Below are positions 14,450 to 27,002 of a DNA stretch of 64,000 bases, piece by piece. The notes below the pieces were generated by a model. That model searched no databases. It saw only the letters and a program-made list of their open reading frames with translations, and was not told where the DNA came from. Position 1 is the first letter of the stretch. Each line of letters begins with the position of its first letter. Made by a program: the position numbers and the translations under genes. Source of the DNA: the human T2T-CHM13v2.0 reference genome, Homo sapiens; NCBI RefSeq assembly GCF_009914755.1, contig NC_060925.1. One strand, given 5' to 3'.

Positions 14450-14921
14450 ACTTTTCCGGGCGGTTGTGGGCTACCAGAGTAAGGCCACCAGGGTGGGGAA
14501 TTGTTGCTAATGATACCCTCTCTTCCCCTCTTGAGTTTGGATCCTCAGAGAGGGATCCTAGGCATCAGGCAGGTAGAGATGAATATATCACCTGTCTCTG
14601 ACAAAGCTAATTGGAGAGTGACGCGGGGTGTGGGAGCCAAGGGAGCTTGTAGTGACCTTACCGCTCGTGGGCTCAGTGACAGGCAGAGCTTCGCCCTCAG
14701 GCCGGCCTCCAAGGAGCTCCTTGCAGGCAGATGGCGCATAAAAGACCCTCTTCCTCCCGACCAATTAACACAGAAGCATGGGGGTGTTGTGTGTGGCCAG
14801 TGAGGCCAGGGGTGTTATGGTGATGGAGATCCTTCCGGAAGGACGCATGAGGAGTGAGGGATGAGTGCCTCCCCTCCGTGCCACGGGAAGGCCCATTCAT
14901 GGCTGGCCGAGTTCTGCATGA

Positions 14922-15215
<294 letters not shown>

Positions 15216-16266
15216 TGACCCCGGGGCCATGCAGTCCAGCCTCCTGCCTCTGCCTGCTTGCCTTGTTCAAGTCAGTGGGATTAGAGGGTGGCAGGGTCTT
15301 CTGGGCCTGATCTAGGGGTGAGTGTGACACCTTGAAGTGGCCAGGATGTCCTTGGATATACCTGGCAGGCCATGGTGCTGATGAAGCCAGGTGGCTGTCC
15401 TGGCTCCTCCCAGGTGGCAGCACCCCCTGGCCTCCCAGTCACTGTGGGCAGCCACCTGGCCGGTCACAAGCTCTCTTACCGAGCACTTGAGGGGTTTCAA
15501 GCCAGTGTGAAATGCTGTGAAAGACCACAACTTTGGCCCGGAGAGGATGTGCCGCAGTGCTGGGGAAAGGGCACTGGCTCACGATCCGGGGGACCTGGTT
15601 CTGGTCCCAGCTCAGTTCTGCAACCTAGGGCAGGTCCAGGGCCCACTCTGAGCCCAGGCTTGCCATCTGTGGAATGAGGGGTGCACTGGATTTCTGGCTT
15701 TTCTAGCTGAAGTCTGCGGACCCCAGATGTTCATGGGGTGAGGGAAGGTCAAGTTGGTAGCACTCTACTTTGATGTGTTTTAGGTAACTAGGTTTTGCTA
15801 AAAGAAAAAAACTTTTTTTTGAAAGCCACAGCGCTCGATAGAGTCACTGAATAGGTCTGATGTTCTGGGTGTATATCAAGGGGCTCTGGAGAGAGAGTTG
15901 ATTGACTCCAGGCCGACCATCCCTCCCTTGGTAACTCAACTCTGGGCACGCTGCCCGGTGAGAGGCCAGGAGCACTTTCCTTAAAGGTGGAGGGCAAGGG
16001 GCATTCGATTTCCTGAACGTGAATGCAGTAGAAGGGGTGTTCCCCCTGCCCTTCTCCTCCCTCCACCTGTGGGCTTGGGCTGCTGCACTGGGGATGGAGA
16101 CCTGGGAGGCGAAGGTCCCCTGGGCTCTCCTGTGGCACCACCCCATCCCACCTGTGACCTCAGGCCAGCCTCTCTACCTCTCTGAGCTCCATGTCCACAC
16201 CCCAGTGGGGGTGATGGATTTGCACAGCTCGAGGTCCCAAGGGAGTGTGGGGTGAGTGCAGGCGCC

Positions 16267-16690
<424 letters not shown>

Positions 16691-17941
16691 TAAGCAACTG
16701 GGATCCTGGAGCTTTGGCAGGGTGGAGGGAAGACCTGTGTCATCTTGCTGACCCTTTGCCTCCTGTGCCCTGGTGAGTGGGTGGGTCTGCCTGGCTGGCC
16801 CTGTGGTGGGCTGTGGCTCCCGGGTTGCTAAGCTGGTTCCTTTTCCTCATTTATAAAAGGGTGAGGAAATTCCTTATAGGGGTATCTTGGGCATTGCTTG
16901 GGAGAGTAAAGGTTAAAGGCTTCGAAAAGCTTCTGAGTTCTCATGTGCCCAGCCTCTGCTGATTTCTTTGGGAGTGTAGTCTGGTGAGTCAGAGCCCCTG
17001 CCTGTAGGGAGCCTGCTGGCTGGCAGAGGATGCAACTGGGCTAGGTGCCAGGACACGCACACATGTGCCGGCAGCACAGGTTAGATGCCACGGCCTCAGT
17101 GGAGGAACCCACTGTCCCCATCAAAGAGAACAGGGGATCAGGAGGAGCCACCATCTGACATGGGCCCTGGCGGGGGATGGTGGGATTGTGCCAAATAAAG
17201 ACAGAGGAGAGCCTATATCAGGTGTAAGGATAGTGGAGCAAAGGTTAGAGGCAGGAGGAGAGGGATGGGCAGGTCTGTTTGGATTCTGGGAGCACTGATG
17301 CCTGTTGGGGAGTCCCAGGAGAGAAGGCCTGAGTGTGCACACTAAGAGGCGGCTGAGTTCAGTTGGGTGGTTCTAGACCTCCAGGCCCAGGGCCTAGGAT
17401 GTAATATTTCAGGTAATGGGGAGCCATTGAAGGATTTTGAGCTAGGGTAGATGGAAGTGGAGGCAGGTGGAGAAACTGTGGGATTGCAGCATATGGGGGC
17501 CAGGACCAGGTAACAGGTGTGTGGATGGAGTGGGGGATGGATGCAAGAGACAGGACAGAAGGTCCCCCTGTGCCCCGCCCCTTACCCTAGCCCAAATCTG
17601 TCTGCATTTAGTTTAAGTGGAGGGAATGGTTGCCTTGGCCACTTCTAGAAGTCTGACATCTTGAATAAATTGCTGAGTTTCCCAGTTATGCCTTTAGTTC
17701 AGAGACCTTAAGATGACTGCTTTAGTCTCCTGAGGGTGCGCGGCCATGCAGGGGCACTGGTGGGAGAGGGATCCCTGGCTGCAGAACCACGGACCTCTCT
17801 CAGCTCTTCTTGCAAGCCCAGGGATAGGCAGGGTCTTAGGGCCTGGGGAGAGGAGCCCAGAATGGGGACAGTGTCTGGACTCTGGGGCACTGGGCCCTCT
17901 CTGCAGGGGGTCAGCGAATGACGGAACCTTGTCTCCACCAG

Positions 17942-18034
17942 CGACGGCAGGTGTGCAGCCCAGACCGTGTCACCCTCTACGGGCTGATGGTCAAGCCCAT
18001 CCAGAGGTTCCCACAGTTCATACTCCTGCTTCAG
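17942..18034 (+). CDS. ARHGEF10L: Exon G, 93 nt, DH domain ([31 protein letters not shown])
   Basis: ctccaccAG|cgacgg ... cttcag|GTactg; [11 protein letters not shown] conserved-region-3 motif; phase 0-0. Confidence 0.96.
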
Positions 18035-18624
18035 GTACTGCTCAGGATTCCAGCAGCTTCAACCCACAGGGTTTGCCTGTGGGCTGGGAGGTGCCTCCTG
18101 GGGTAGGAGGGAGGAGGTCTGGGCTCTTGTCCGTGATCCATAACCCACCCAACCTGCTGTGGGACTCTGGCCTCATCTTTCTCCACTTCTAGAGTGAAAT
18201 TGATTGTAACTGACAGCTCAGTTTGCACGCCCCTCTGTGGGGGACGCTGAGGGACTGCTGGTGGCCTGAGTCTGGGTTGCAGGAAGGGAGTGAAGGCACA
18301 GGGAATCCCGGGACCCGCAGGGCTCCTGGCATGGAGGAGATGCTCAGTAAACATGCTGAGCTTGGCCATTTCAGATTCGAGCTTCAGAACAGGGGATTCC
18401 TAAGGGACATTAGCCCCACACAGGGTCCTGGAGAGCTTGGGACACTGTCCCAACCACTGAGGGTCCTTGGGCAGGGGCTGGCCCTCATCAGGGAGCTGAG
18501 AGGGTGGCTACCAGGCTGAGGGGTCCGGTGGCACATTGCTATCCACTCTCAGTGCTGCTGGCCTGTGGGAGTGGGCTCTTATGTAACCATACCATTTATC
18601 AATTGATCAGTGATTGATCTATAA

Positions 18625-19115
18625 GTTTATTTATTTACCATCATAACCATTTCTAAGTGCATTCACATTGTTCTGCAACCATCACCACCACCCATCCCAG
18701 AACTTTCTCATCATCCTGAACCGAAACTCTGCCCATTCAACAACTCCCGATTCTCCCTCCCCACAGCCTCCGGCAACCACCATTCTACCCTGTGTCTCTA
18801 TGACTCTGACTGCTCTAGGAAAACACGTATACGTGGAATCATACAATGTTTTTCTTTTCGTGACTGGCTTGTTTTCCTTAACATGAGGTCTTCAAGATTC
18901 ATCGTGTCCTAGCATGTGTCTGAATTTCCTTCCTTTTCAAGGCTGAATAATACGCCATTGTATGGAGAGACCACATTTTGTTTACGCGTTAGTCTGTCGA
19001 CGGACATTTTTGCCTCCACATTTTGGCGACTGTGGCTAATGCTGCTATGAACATGGCTGGACAAATATCTGTTTGAGACCCCGCTTTCAGTTCATGTGGG
19101 TCTATTCCTAGAAAG
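18625..19115 (-). mobile_element. Old L1 (L1M) 3' UTR fragment, antisense
   Basis: gcaaccatcaccacc...ggcaaccaccattcta...aaggctgaataata...aatgctgctatgaacat. Confidence 0.8.
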
Positions 19116-19315
19116 ATCCATGCTTTTGTTTTCTTTTTCATGCATTAGCTGTTTCTTGAGGTCTTGTTCTGCATCTGGTGCCATCTGTCCTGGCCTCAGG
19201 CCGGGCCCTTTGCAGACCCAGTGTGTGTAGGGGGTTGCGCAGGGTGAGGCTTTGCCCCAGGCTGGGGTAGAGTTGGTCATGGGTGGGCTGCTCAGTCTCT
19301 GCTCTGACCTGGCAG

Positions 19316-19489
19316 GACATGCTGAAGAACACCCCCAGGGGCCATCCGGACAGGCTGTCGCTGCAGCTGGCCCTCACAGAGCTGGAGACGCTGGCTGAGA
19401 AGCTGAACGAGCAGAAGCGGCTGGCTGACCAGGTGGCTGAGATCCAGCAGCTGACCAAGAGCGTCAGTGACCGCAGCAGCCTCAACAAG
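19316..19489 (+). CDS. ARHGEF10L: Exon H, 174 nt, end of DH domain ([20 protein letters not shown]...SDRSSLNK)
   Basis: acctggcAG|gacatg ... aacaag|GTgagc; phase 0-0. Confidence 0.96.
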
Positions 19490-20041
19490 GTGAGCTGGGC
19501 CTCCCACCTGCCTGCCCTCACCTGCCTGCCCTCACCTGTGCTCCTGCCCGTGCCCCTGCCCCACGCCACCCACACTAGGTGGCAGTGTTCTCTGAGGGAG
19601 GGGAGGCCTTGCTCTTCCAAGGATGTGACCTTGGGGATTGGATCCTCAGCGGGACCCCCACGTTCATTCCTGTTCATGTTATTTTAAGATAAAAGTTCAT
19701 TTTGTGCATCAGTGTGATTTCCAGTAAAGTCTCCAGAAATCAAAGCCTAGTTAAATGAACAGGCTCTGGAGAGTCAGAATCTGGGTTTAGATCCAGATTT
19801 TGCCATAGGTGCTTGCTGTGTGCCCTCAAGGGAATCACCCACCCTCTCTGAACCTCACTTGCTCCCTTTGAAATGAGGAGCATTTAATAGCACCGGAGCC
19901 CTAGGGCTGCTGCCGCAAAAGAGGGAGCTGGCAAAGTGGCTTCGTGATTGTCCTTAACACAAGAAGAAAGATGAAAAGTCCATGCCATGTTTTGGGGTTG
20001 CCGCTTAGGAACATGCTATTAAAAAAAAAAAAAGAAAATTG

Positions 20042-20344
20042 GGCTGGGCGTGGTAGCTCACGCCTGTAGTCCCAGCACTTTGGGAGGCTGAGGCAGGCAG
20101 ATCACCTGAGGTCAGGAGTTCGAGACCAGCCTGGCCAACATGGTGAAACCTTGTCTCTACTAAAAATATAAAAATTAGCCAGGCATGGTGGCACACGCCT
20201 GTAATCCCGGAAGGCTGAGGAAGGAGAATCACTTGAATTCAGGAGGCAGAGGTTGCAGTGAACCGAGATTGTGCCACTGTACTCCAGCCTGGGTGACAGA
20301 GGGAGACTCTGTCTCTAAAGGAAAAAAACCAAACAAAACCAAAA
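20042..20344 (+). mobile_element. Alu (AluS), sense, small deletion in right arm
   Basis: ggctgggcgtggtagctcacgcc...gactctgtctct plus A-rich tail. Confidence 0.95.
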
Positions 20345-20995
20345 GACTTGCAAATGAGTCTGTAGAGGAGCCTGTTTTTAAAGCACAAGGTCACCTCACA
20401 GAGTCACCTGTTGGTCACTGGAGTCCCTCTTCTTCCCTCTCAGCACATGACATGAACTGCCTGGCTCTGTGCTGGGGTCTCTGGGAGGTCCCACACCCCA
20501 GCCCCCCTGTTCACCTACTGGAGGGTAGGGGAGGGCTGGGATAGTTTAGGCTGGGGTGCCCAGGCCCTGGGCACATTGCAGGACTGTTCTTTGGAGAACG
20601 GATACTGTGTGAGGTCATAGGGAGAGGTTCAAATTTTCTGGGGAATAAACTGGGAGCCTCTTGGCTCTGTGGGGTCCTAGAAGCAGAACTAAGGCCTATG
20701 GCTGGCTGTTCCCAGGAGGGAGGTTTCAGCAGCACGGGGTAGACCTTTCTAAGAGTCCAGGAAGGAGTACCCAGAGGGAGAGTGGCCCTTTCCATGTGTG
20801 CTGCACTTTACAGTATAGAATGCTGTCTAACCTGCATCAGCATCTTTGCTTTCCACCCCATGCCTGTGAAGTGGGGCAGGGACAAGGCCTCCTGTAGGGT
20901 CCCCTGCAGTGCCAAGCTTCAGGCAACCCACATCTTAGGACTCTGTTGCTTCAGGCCAAATTCAGGTTGCAGGTTGTGTTGTGGCCCACACAGTA

Positions 20996-21312
20996 TTTTA
21001 TTCTATTTAATTTAATTTTATTTTGAGACAGGGCCTCATGCTGTTGCCCAGGCTGGAGTACAGTGGTACAATAACGGCTCACTGCAGCCTTGAGCTCCTG
21101 GGCTCAAGTGAGCCTCCTGCCTCAGCCTCTTGAGTAGCTGGGACTACAAGCACGAGCTACCACACCCAGCTAATTAATTTTTTTTTTTTTTTTGTAGAGA
21201 TGGGGTCTCACTATGATGCCCAGGCTGGTCTCAAACTCCTGGGATCAAGTGATCCTCCTGCCTCAGCCTCCCAAAGTGTTGGGATCACAGGCATGAGCCA
21301 CGGTGCCCGGCC
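20996..21312 (-). mobile_element. Alu (AluJ-like), antisense
   Basis: J-type features (ctcactgcagccttgagctcctgggctcaag); flanking ccacacagta repeats as TSD. Confidence 0.93.
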
Positions 21313-22853
21313 CACACAGTAGTTTTAAGAACATGGCAGTAGTTGCCAACATTTAAAAATTGAGAGAGATCCTATAAAATTCAGACTTGTGGGTCTCCTG
21401 GGAGGGTAGGAAGAGCTGGCTCACCGACCCACCTTCCCACGTGGCACCAGCCCCCGAGTGGCAGCTGCCCACTTCCCCTTGGTTCCTACCCACCTTTCCC
21501 ACTGATGTTACCTGCAAGCCCCTAAGGCATCTGAGTTTATTTTACCTGCTCCAGGAGGATTGGGCTGGGGAAGACGAGATGGGGAGGGGACAGCGCCCTC
21601 TCCTGGGGATGTCCCCATCCACGTGGCTCAGGTTGGGCATGAGGGGCAGGGTCACTCTCCACCCCCTGGTTCCAGGCAGGACTAACTCAGCCATCCCCCA
21701 CACAAGCCTCGAGTTTGGAATGTCTCGGGAGAAAAAGCCTTCAGCCCCGCCATGACCACCCGTGCTGGCCTTTGCGCTCAGGAATCTTCTCCTCTCCCCA
21801 CCTTCGGCTCCCTCTTCGGTGACCAAGAGGCTTTCTCTTGCTTTGCCTCATACACCTGTGCAGCCACAGTGGGGAGAGGCCTCTTGGGAGGAGGAAATAA
21901 ATTCCGTAGTGGTTGGGAAGAGCCGTTCTGCCCTCTCCTGCTCTGTGAGGTGGGCCCTGGCTGGAGGTAAGGGAGACCTCTTTGATGCTGGGCAAAGGAC
22001 TAGAGGCTCTAAGCTTCCATGTCTCCATTTGCTGGGTGAGGGTAGGTTGGACCATGTGAGATGTTAGGAAGAGTGTGGTGGAGGCCGCACCCTGGGCTTC
22101 CCCCTCCAGGGCCCTCCCTGGACAGTCCTGGCCAGTTCTGTGACCTGTTTAGTGATGTCCCTATCACCATCACCCAGGGAGAAGCAGAAACGAAACTGGG
22201 TGTAACCCGAAACGGAACCATGCCAGCTGTTTCAAAATAGCCTAGGCAGGAGCCTCCAGAGGGCCGTTTGTGCAATATCCTGGTTTTCTTTTTCTTTTTG
22301 TTGGTTTTCATCTGCCAAGGGGGCAGCGCTGACTGCCAGAGCCCACGGGACTTTCCTCTTCCAAGTTTTGGGTCATGGCACATTTGGCAGCCCTTGGGGC
22401 GGGGGGCCCTGCTGTCTTCAAGGTCCGAGTAGTGGTCTCTTGAGTTGGCGTTTGGTTTCCTTGTGGAAATAGTGAGGCGGAGCCTGGCCTTAGCAGCTGT
22501 GGGGGACCCCAAGTCCTCCTGCATGTTAGGAGCGGTGGGGCCTCCCCTGGCTCCTGTCACACTGTGCACTAGCTGCTCAATGCAGGGAATGGTGAACGTG
22601 GCCTGGCTCTGTCCTGTGCTGTCAATCAACAGTGGGTGGGTCTCAGCGAGTCACTTTACCCCTGGAATCTCAGTTTCCTCACCTGGGCAATGGGGATGGC
22701 CTCAAGGACCGCTGAGCTGATTCAATGAGATGTGGAATATTAAGAGCCATCCTCAGTGCCTGGCACACCCTGGGCATTTGGTCCCACTGGGACTTTTGGT
22801 TGTGTGCCGACTTGAGAGAGATGATGCTTTGGAGAACAACAGCATTCTCTCCC

Positions 22854-23161
22854 GAGGAGGCTCGGGGTGATCTGTCCTTTTCTCTCCTGGGGATGCCTGG
22901 GGGTGATCTGTGTTTTTCTCTCTGGGGAGGCTCAGGGTGTTCTGTCCTTTTCTCTCCTGGGGATGCTCGGGGTGATCTGTCCTTTTCTGTCCTGGGGATG
23001 CCCGGGGGTGATCTATCTTTTTCTCTCTGGGGAGGCTCAGAGTGATCTGTCCTTTTCTGTCCTGGGGTTGCCTGGGGGTGATCTGTCTTTTTCTCTTTGG
23101 GGAGGCTCAGGGTGATCTGTCCTTTTATGTCCCGGGGAGGCTCGGGGTGATCTGTCCTTTT
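22854..23161. repeat. 35-bp minisatellite, about 8.8 copies, two unit subtypes
   Basis: Unit ggggaggctc(a/g)gggtgatctgtccttttct(c/g)tcct; period verified from 22854 to 23134. Confidence 0.93.
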
Positions 23162-23584
23162 CCCAGACAGGATGGGGAAGGAAGGGGAGAGTAATGGTTG
23201 TCGTCAGAGTCACGGGTTTTGGGAATGAATTTTGCTGAATATCCTCCCTCCCTCCCAGAAAAAAATCCCCTTTAGAAAAAAGACGTTTTCCCAGGGTGTC
23301 CCTGGATGGGTTGGTGGCCCTGACACTAGCAGGGGGGGTCTTGACATCCAGCCTGAGGTTGGCAAATGCCTGCTTGGATGCCTGGGGTGTGAAAGTCTTT
23401 GTCCTCAGAGGGTGGTGTTATTGACTGGCAGGTCTGTTCCAACTCTGTCATGAGGCCACCTAAGAGGCGAGACAGGCCAAGGCTTTCAACAGGTTGGGGT
23501 GCAGGATGGGGTCCCCTGCACAAGGCCATGCCTGCTCCACTGTGAAGACCATCACAGACAGTAGTTGTCTATGGAGCACACATA

Positions 23585-23814
23585 CAGGGCCGGCCTCTCA
23601 GGCCATGACCTGTGTCATCACACGTGACCCGTGTCATCACACGTGACCTGTGCCATCACACATGACCTGTGCCATCATACATGGCTGGTGCCCAGAAGGG
23701 CCCCATGCTTGCTTTCATGTTCTGCCATGGTCATCTTGAAATTCATAGTCACTTTGAACAAGAGCCTGTGTTTTCGTTTTGCACTGGACCGCAAGAGTCA
23801 TGTAGCCAGACCCG
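23585..23814 (+). mobile_element. MER45A-like (hAT-Tip100) element with internal tandem expansion
   Basis: cagggccggc...cagaagggcccc...tcttgaaattc...ttttgcactgg...atgtagccagacccg follows the recalled MER45A consensus. Confidence 0.7.
23604..23683. repeat. 19-bp tandem repeat x4 containing E-boxes
   Basis: Units c(a/g)tgacc(t/c)gtg(t/c)catcaca start at 23604, 23623, 23642, 23661. Confidence 0.9.
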
Positions 23815-24285
23815 GTCACATGTTCATTACCTTGTGTGATCTGAGCAGTAGAGGTATCTGCCCCCACTTGGTAGCTGAGTAAACTAAGGCTTGGACATGT
23901 GAAGTGACCTGCCCAAGGGCTTCACAGCAGGAGTGGGGATGGGGGCAGAGCCACCTCTGTAACTCCAGAGCTGTGTCCTTGGCAGTGGCAATCAGGCAGA
24001 ATCCCTACAGAGAGGGGCTGGCAATGGCTGGCTCACCTGAGAAGGGGGCACTGGCTGCTGGGCCCACACGGGTGCTGGTGAATGCTCAGTCTCCCCATGG
24101 CCTCCGAGAGGAGGCCCCGATGTGTGGTCCTCTGGTCTTCCTCCCCAGTGCATCTTGTCACCCAGGGATGGAGGGAGTGGCTTCATCTCCTCCACCTCTC
24201 CCAGCCTCAGTCTCCCTTTCTGCACCATGGGAGGATTCTGGGTCTCCGGCGCGGTAAAGCCGCCGGGCCGCGATGCTGATGCTGA

Positions 24286-24453
<168 letters not shown>

Positions 24454-25318
24454 TAAGTGGGCCTGGGTTGGAGGGGGCAATCACCCCTCCCTGGAGACCC
24501 CATCCCGCCCTACTCCAGTCTCTTGGCCGGCCGCACTACAGTGGGACCCCATGTGAGCTTGGTTTAGGCTTCCAATATTCCTCTCCCATCCCTCTTGCCC
24601 TGCTCTGCCACTGGTCCCCAACGCTGGGAAGTACCTGGAGCAGTCATCGGGGGCAGCCCTCAGCCTCGGGCACACAGCTGTCCATGGTACAGAGTTGTTT
24701 GTTTTGGAACTCTGCAGTTGGTGACTAAACAGTGGTTTTGTCCACATTGAAATTCAAGAGATTCTTCCTTGTGTCTACCCCAGATCCCTGCGGCTTTAAC
24801 TCAAATCTGTTTTGCTCTGGCCAGATTGCAGAATTTCTCAGTGTGAGCCTTTGCCTTTCCCCCACAGACCGGAGCATCATCATCGGCCCAGAGGAGCCTG
24901 GTTTGCTGGTTCTGGGCCGGGGATTGTGGAAATGCCCAAAGCCCGGCTGCTGGGCTGTGCCTGGGAGCCGGAGCCCTGGTGTGGGGTGAGGGTGAGGCTT
25001 TAGGCCAGAGCCTGAAGATGTGGCCCATCAGTTGCTTTAGGCTCCTGGGTATCTTATGTTTTACTAACACAGGGAGCCCACACCATGGGTGAGACATAGG
25101 AGAGATCTGACATTCTGGGGCCTGGCTGCCTGAGGCCACGTGGGCCTGGCACTGGGGCTTGGGCCCTGCCATTCTCCAGCCTTTCTGCTTTGCCCAGCTC
25201 ACCTGCTCGCATCCCCTGCTTGGTCCTGCAGGGGACCCTGTATCAAATACTCCCTGAGAACTTCAGCTGTGGTTTTTCTAGCCAGGCTCTTAGGAGAACC
25301 TCTGCTCTCAATATTTGA

Positions 25319-25637
<319 letters not shown>

Positions 25638-26533
25638 TCGACACCACTTTAAAAAGCATCACAGAAGCAATAGTATGGCTACCATCACCGAAATCCAGGA
25701 GGGAAACAATCACCTCAGTGGAATGTGAATCCCAGCATAGCTCTCCCGCCTCCCAGCTGAATCAGTTCTAGGCCCTGTACCGAGTCAGCTTGGGCCTTCC
25801 TGGGTTTGGCCACAGAGTAGGTTTGGGGATTTTCCATGGTTACCGATCACGAGTCCTGGAAGGGGACAAGCAGGGCTGTTTCAGGACCTGTGCACTCATT
25901 CACCATCCACCCATTTGTCCACCCGTCTATGAATCCATTGAATGTAGTCCGAGACCTGGCTCTGTGCCAGTTCACACCTAGAATGAGATCCAGCCCCTGC
26001 CTCCGGGAGCTCAGGGCCTGGTTGGGGACTCAGGCAAGGAAGCCTCTGTCACACATGGGTCTGGGCAGGGCTTATGGCTGACCCATTCATTCATTTACTC
26101 ACTCACTCAATCAAAGAAGGTAATTCTTCAGTCCCGTTTATATCCTGGGCACCGTGTGGTGCCGGCGGTATGATGAATACCCTCTCTGCCTTCATGTTGC
26201 TCTAGCGCAAAGTGCAAAGTGGGGTGCTAGTGGCCCGGTTTTGGGGAATCAGTTTGGGTGATTTGGGCTGAGTCACTTCACTTGACTGAGGATCAGTGTC
26301 CTCGTCTGGGATCATCTAAGCTTCCTAGCGGGGCTGTTGTGAGACCCAGAGATGAAGGAAGGCCCGCTTCTGTCCACACCTGGCCTCTGATGCCCTCATT
26401 CCCCGCAGGAGGCTGTCTCTCCTTCTATTCCCGATGCCCAGCCCCATGGCTGGCCCCCAGCGGGGTCACAGCCCCCAGATTAGCCACTCCATTGTAATAA
26501 CAATCTCCCTTTCCTTCTTGTCTTTTTTCCCAG

Positions 26534-26548
26534 GCCTGCCAACCACAG
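26534..26548 (+). CDS. ARHGEF10L: Exon J, 15-nt microexon adding PANHR
   Basis: Long pyrimidine tract ctccctttccttcttgtcttttttcccAG|gcctgccaaccacag|GTacgt; phase 2-2; joins I and K as K-P-A-N-H-R-G. Confidence 0.88.
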
Positions 26549-26560
26549 GTACGTGGTTCA

Positions 26561-26717
26561 GGGGGCTCCGGGGCTCTGGGGCTCTGGGGCTCTGGGGCTC
26601 TGGTGCCATGTGATTCTGGATATGGGGCTGGGGCCTGGGCGCCTGGTGCTTCTACCCTGGCGAGGGATCCCTGCTCTGCCTGGCTTGGTTTTGGTCTGAG
26701 GTCTTGCGCTGGGGCTG
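26561..26717 (+). promoter_or_regulatory. G-run intronic splicing-enhancer candidate / G-quadruplex downstream of microexon J
   Basis: Five G4-5 runs with 4-nt loops (26561-26597) plus GGGGCTG at 26624 and 26711. Confidence 0.55.
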
Positions 26718-26820
26718 CGTGAAGCCTGGCTGAGCTGGTGTGGAGGAGCAATGCCCTGGGCCAGCCCTGGGGCAGGGTGGCTGCAGCCTCTCCAGGGCCT
26801 TGTCCTCTCTGTTCCAACAG

Positions 26821-27002
26821 GGGCCAGCTGGAGATCAGCAGCCTGGTGCCCCTGGGGCCCAAGTATGTGGTGAAGTGGAACACGGCGCTGCCCCAGGTGC
26901 AGGTGGTGGAGGTGGGCCAGGACGGTGGCACCTATGACAAGGACAATGTGCTCATCCAGCACTCAGGCGCCAAGAAGGCCTCTGCCTCAGGGCAGGCTCA
27001 GA
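26821..27002 (+). CDS. ARHGEF10L: Exon K, 182 nt ([26 protein letters not shown]...SASGQAQ-N)
   Basis: gttccaacAG|gggccag ... gctcaga|GTgagt; phase 2-1. Confidence 0.95.

Noticed and set aside
22854-23161. 35-bp repeats as a CRISPR array
   Set aside because: Units are head-to-tail with no unique spacers, no cas genes are present, and the context is eukaryotic; this is a minisatellite.
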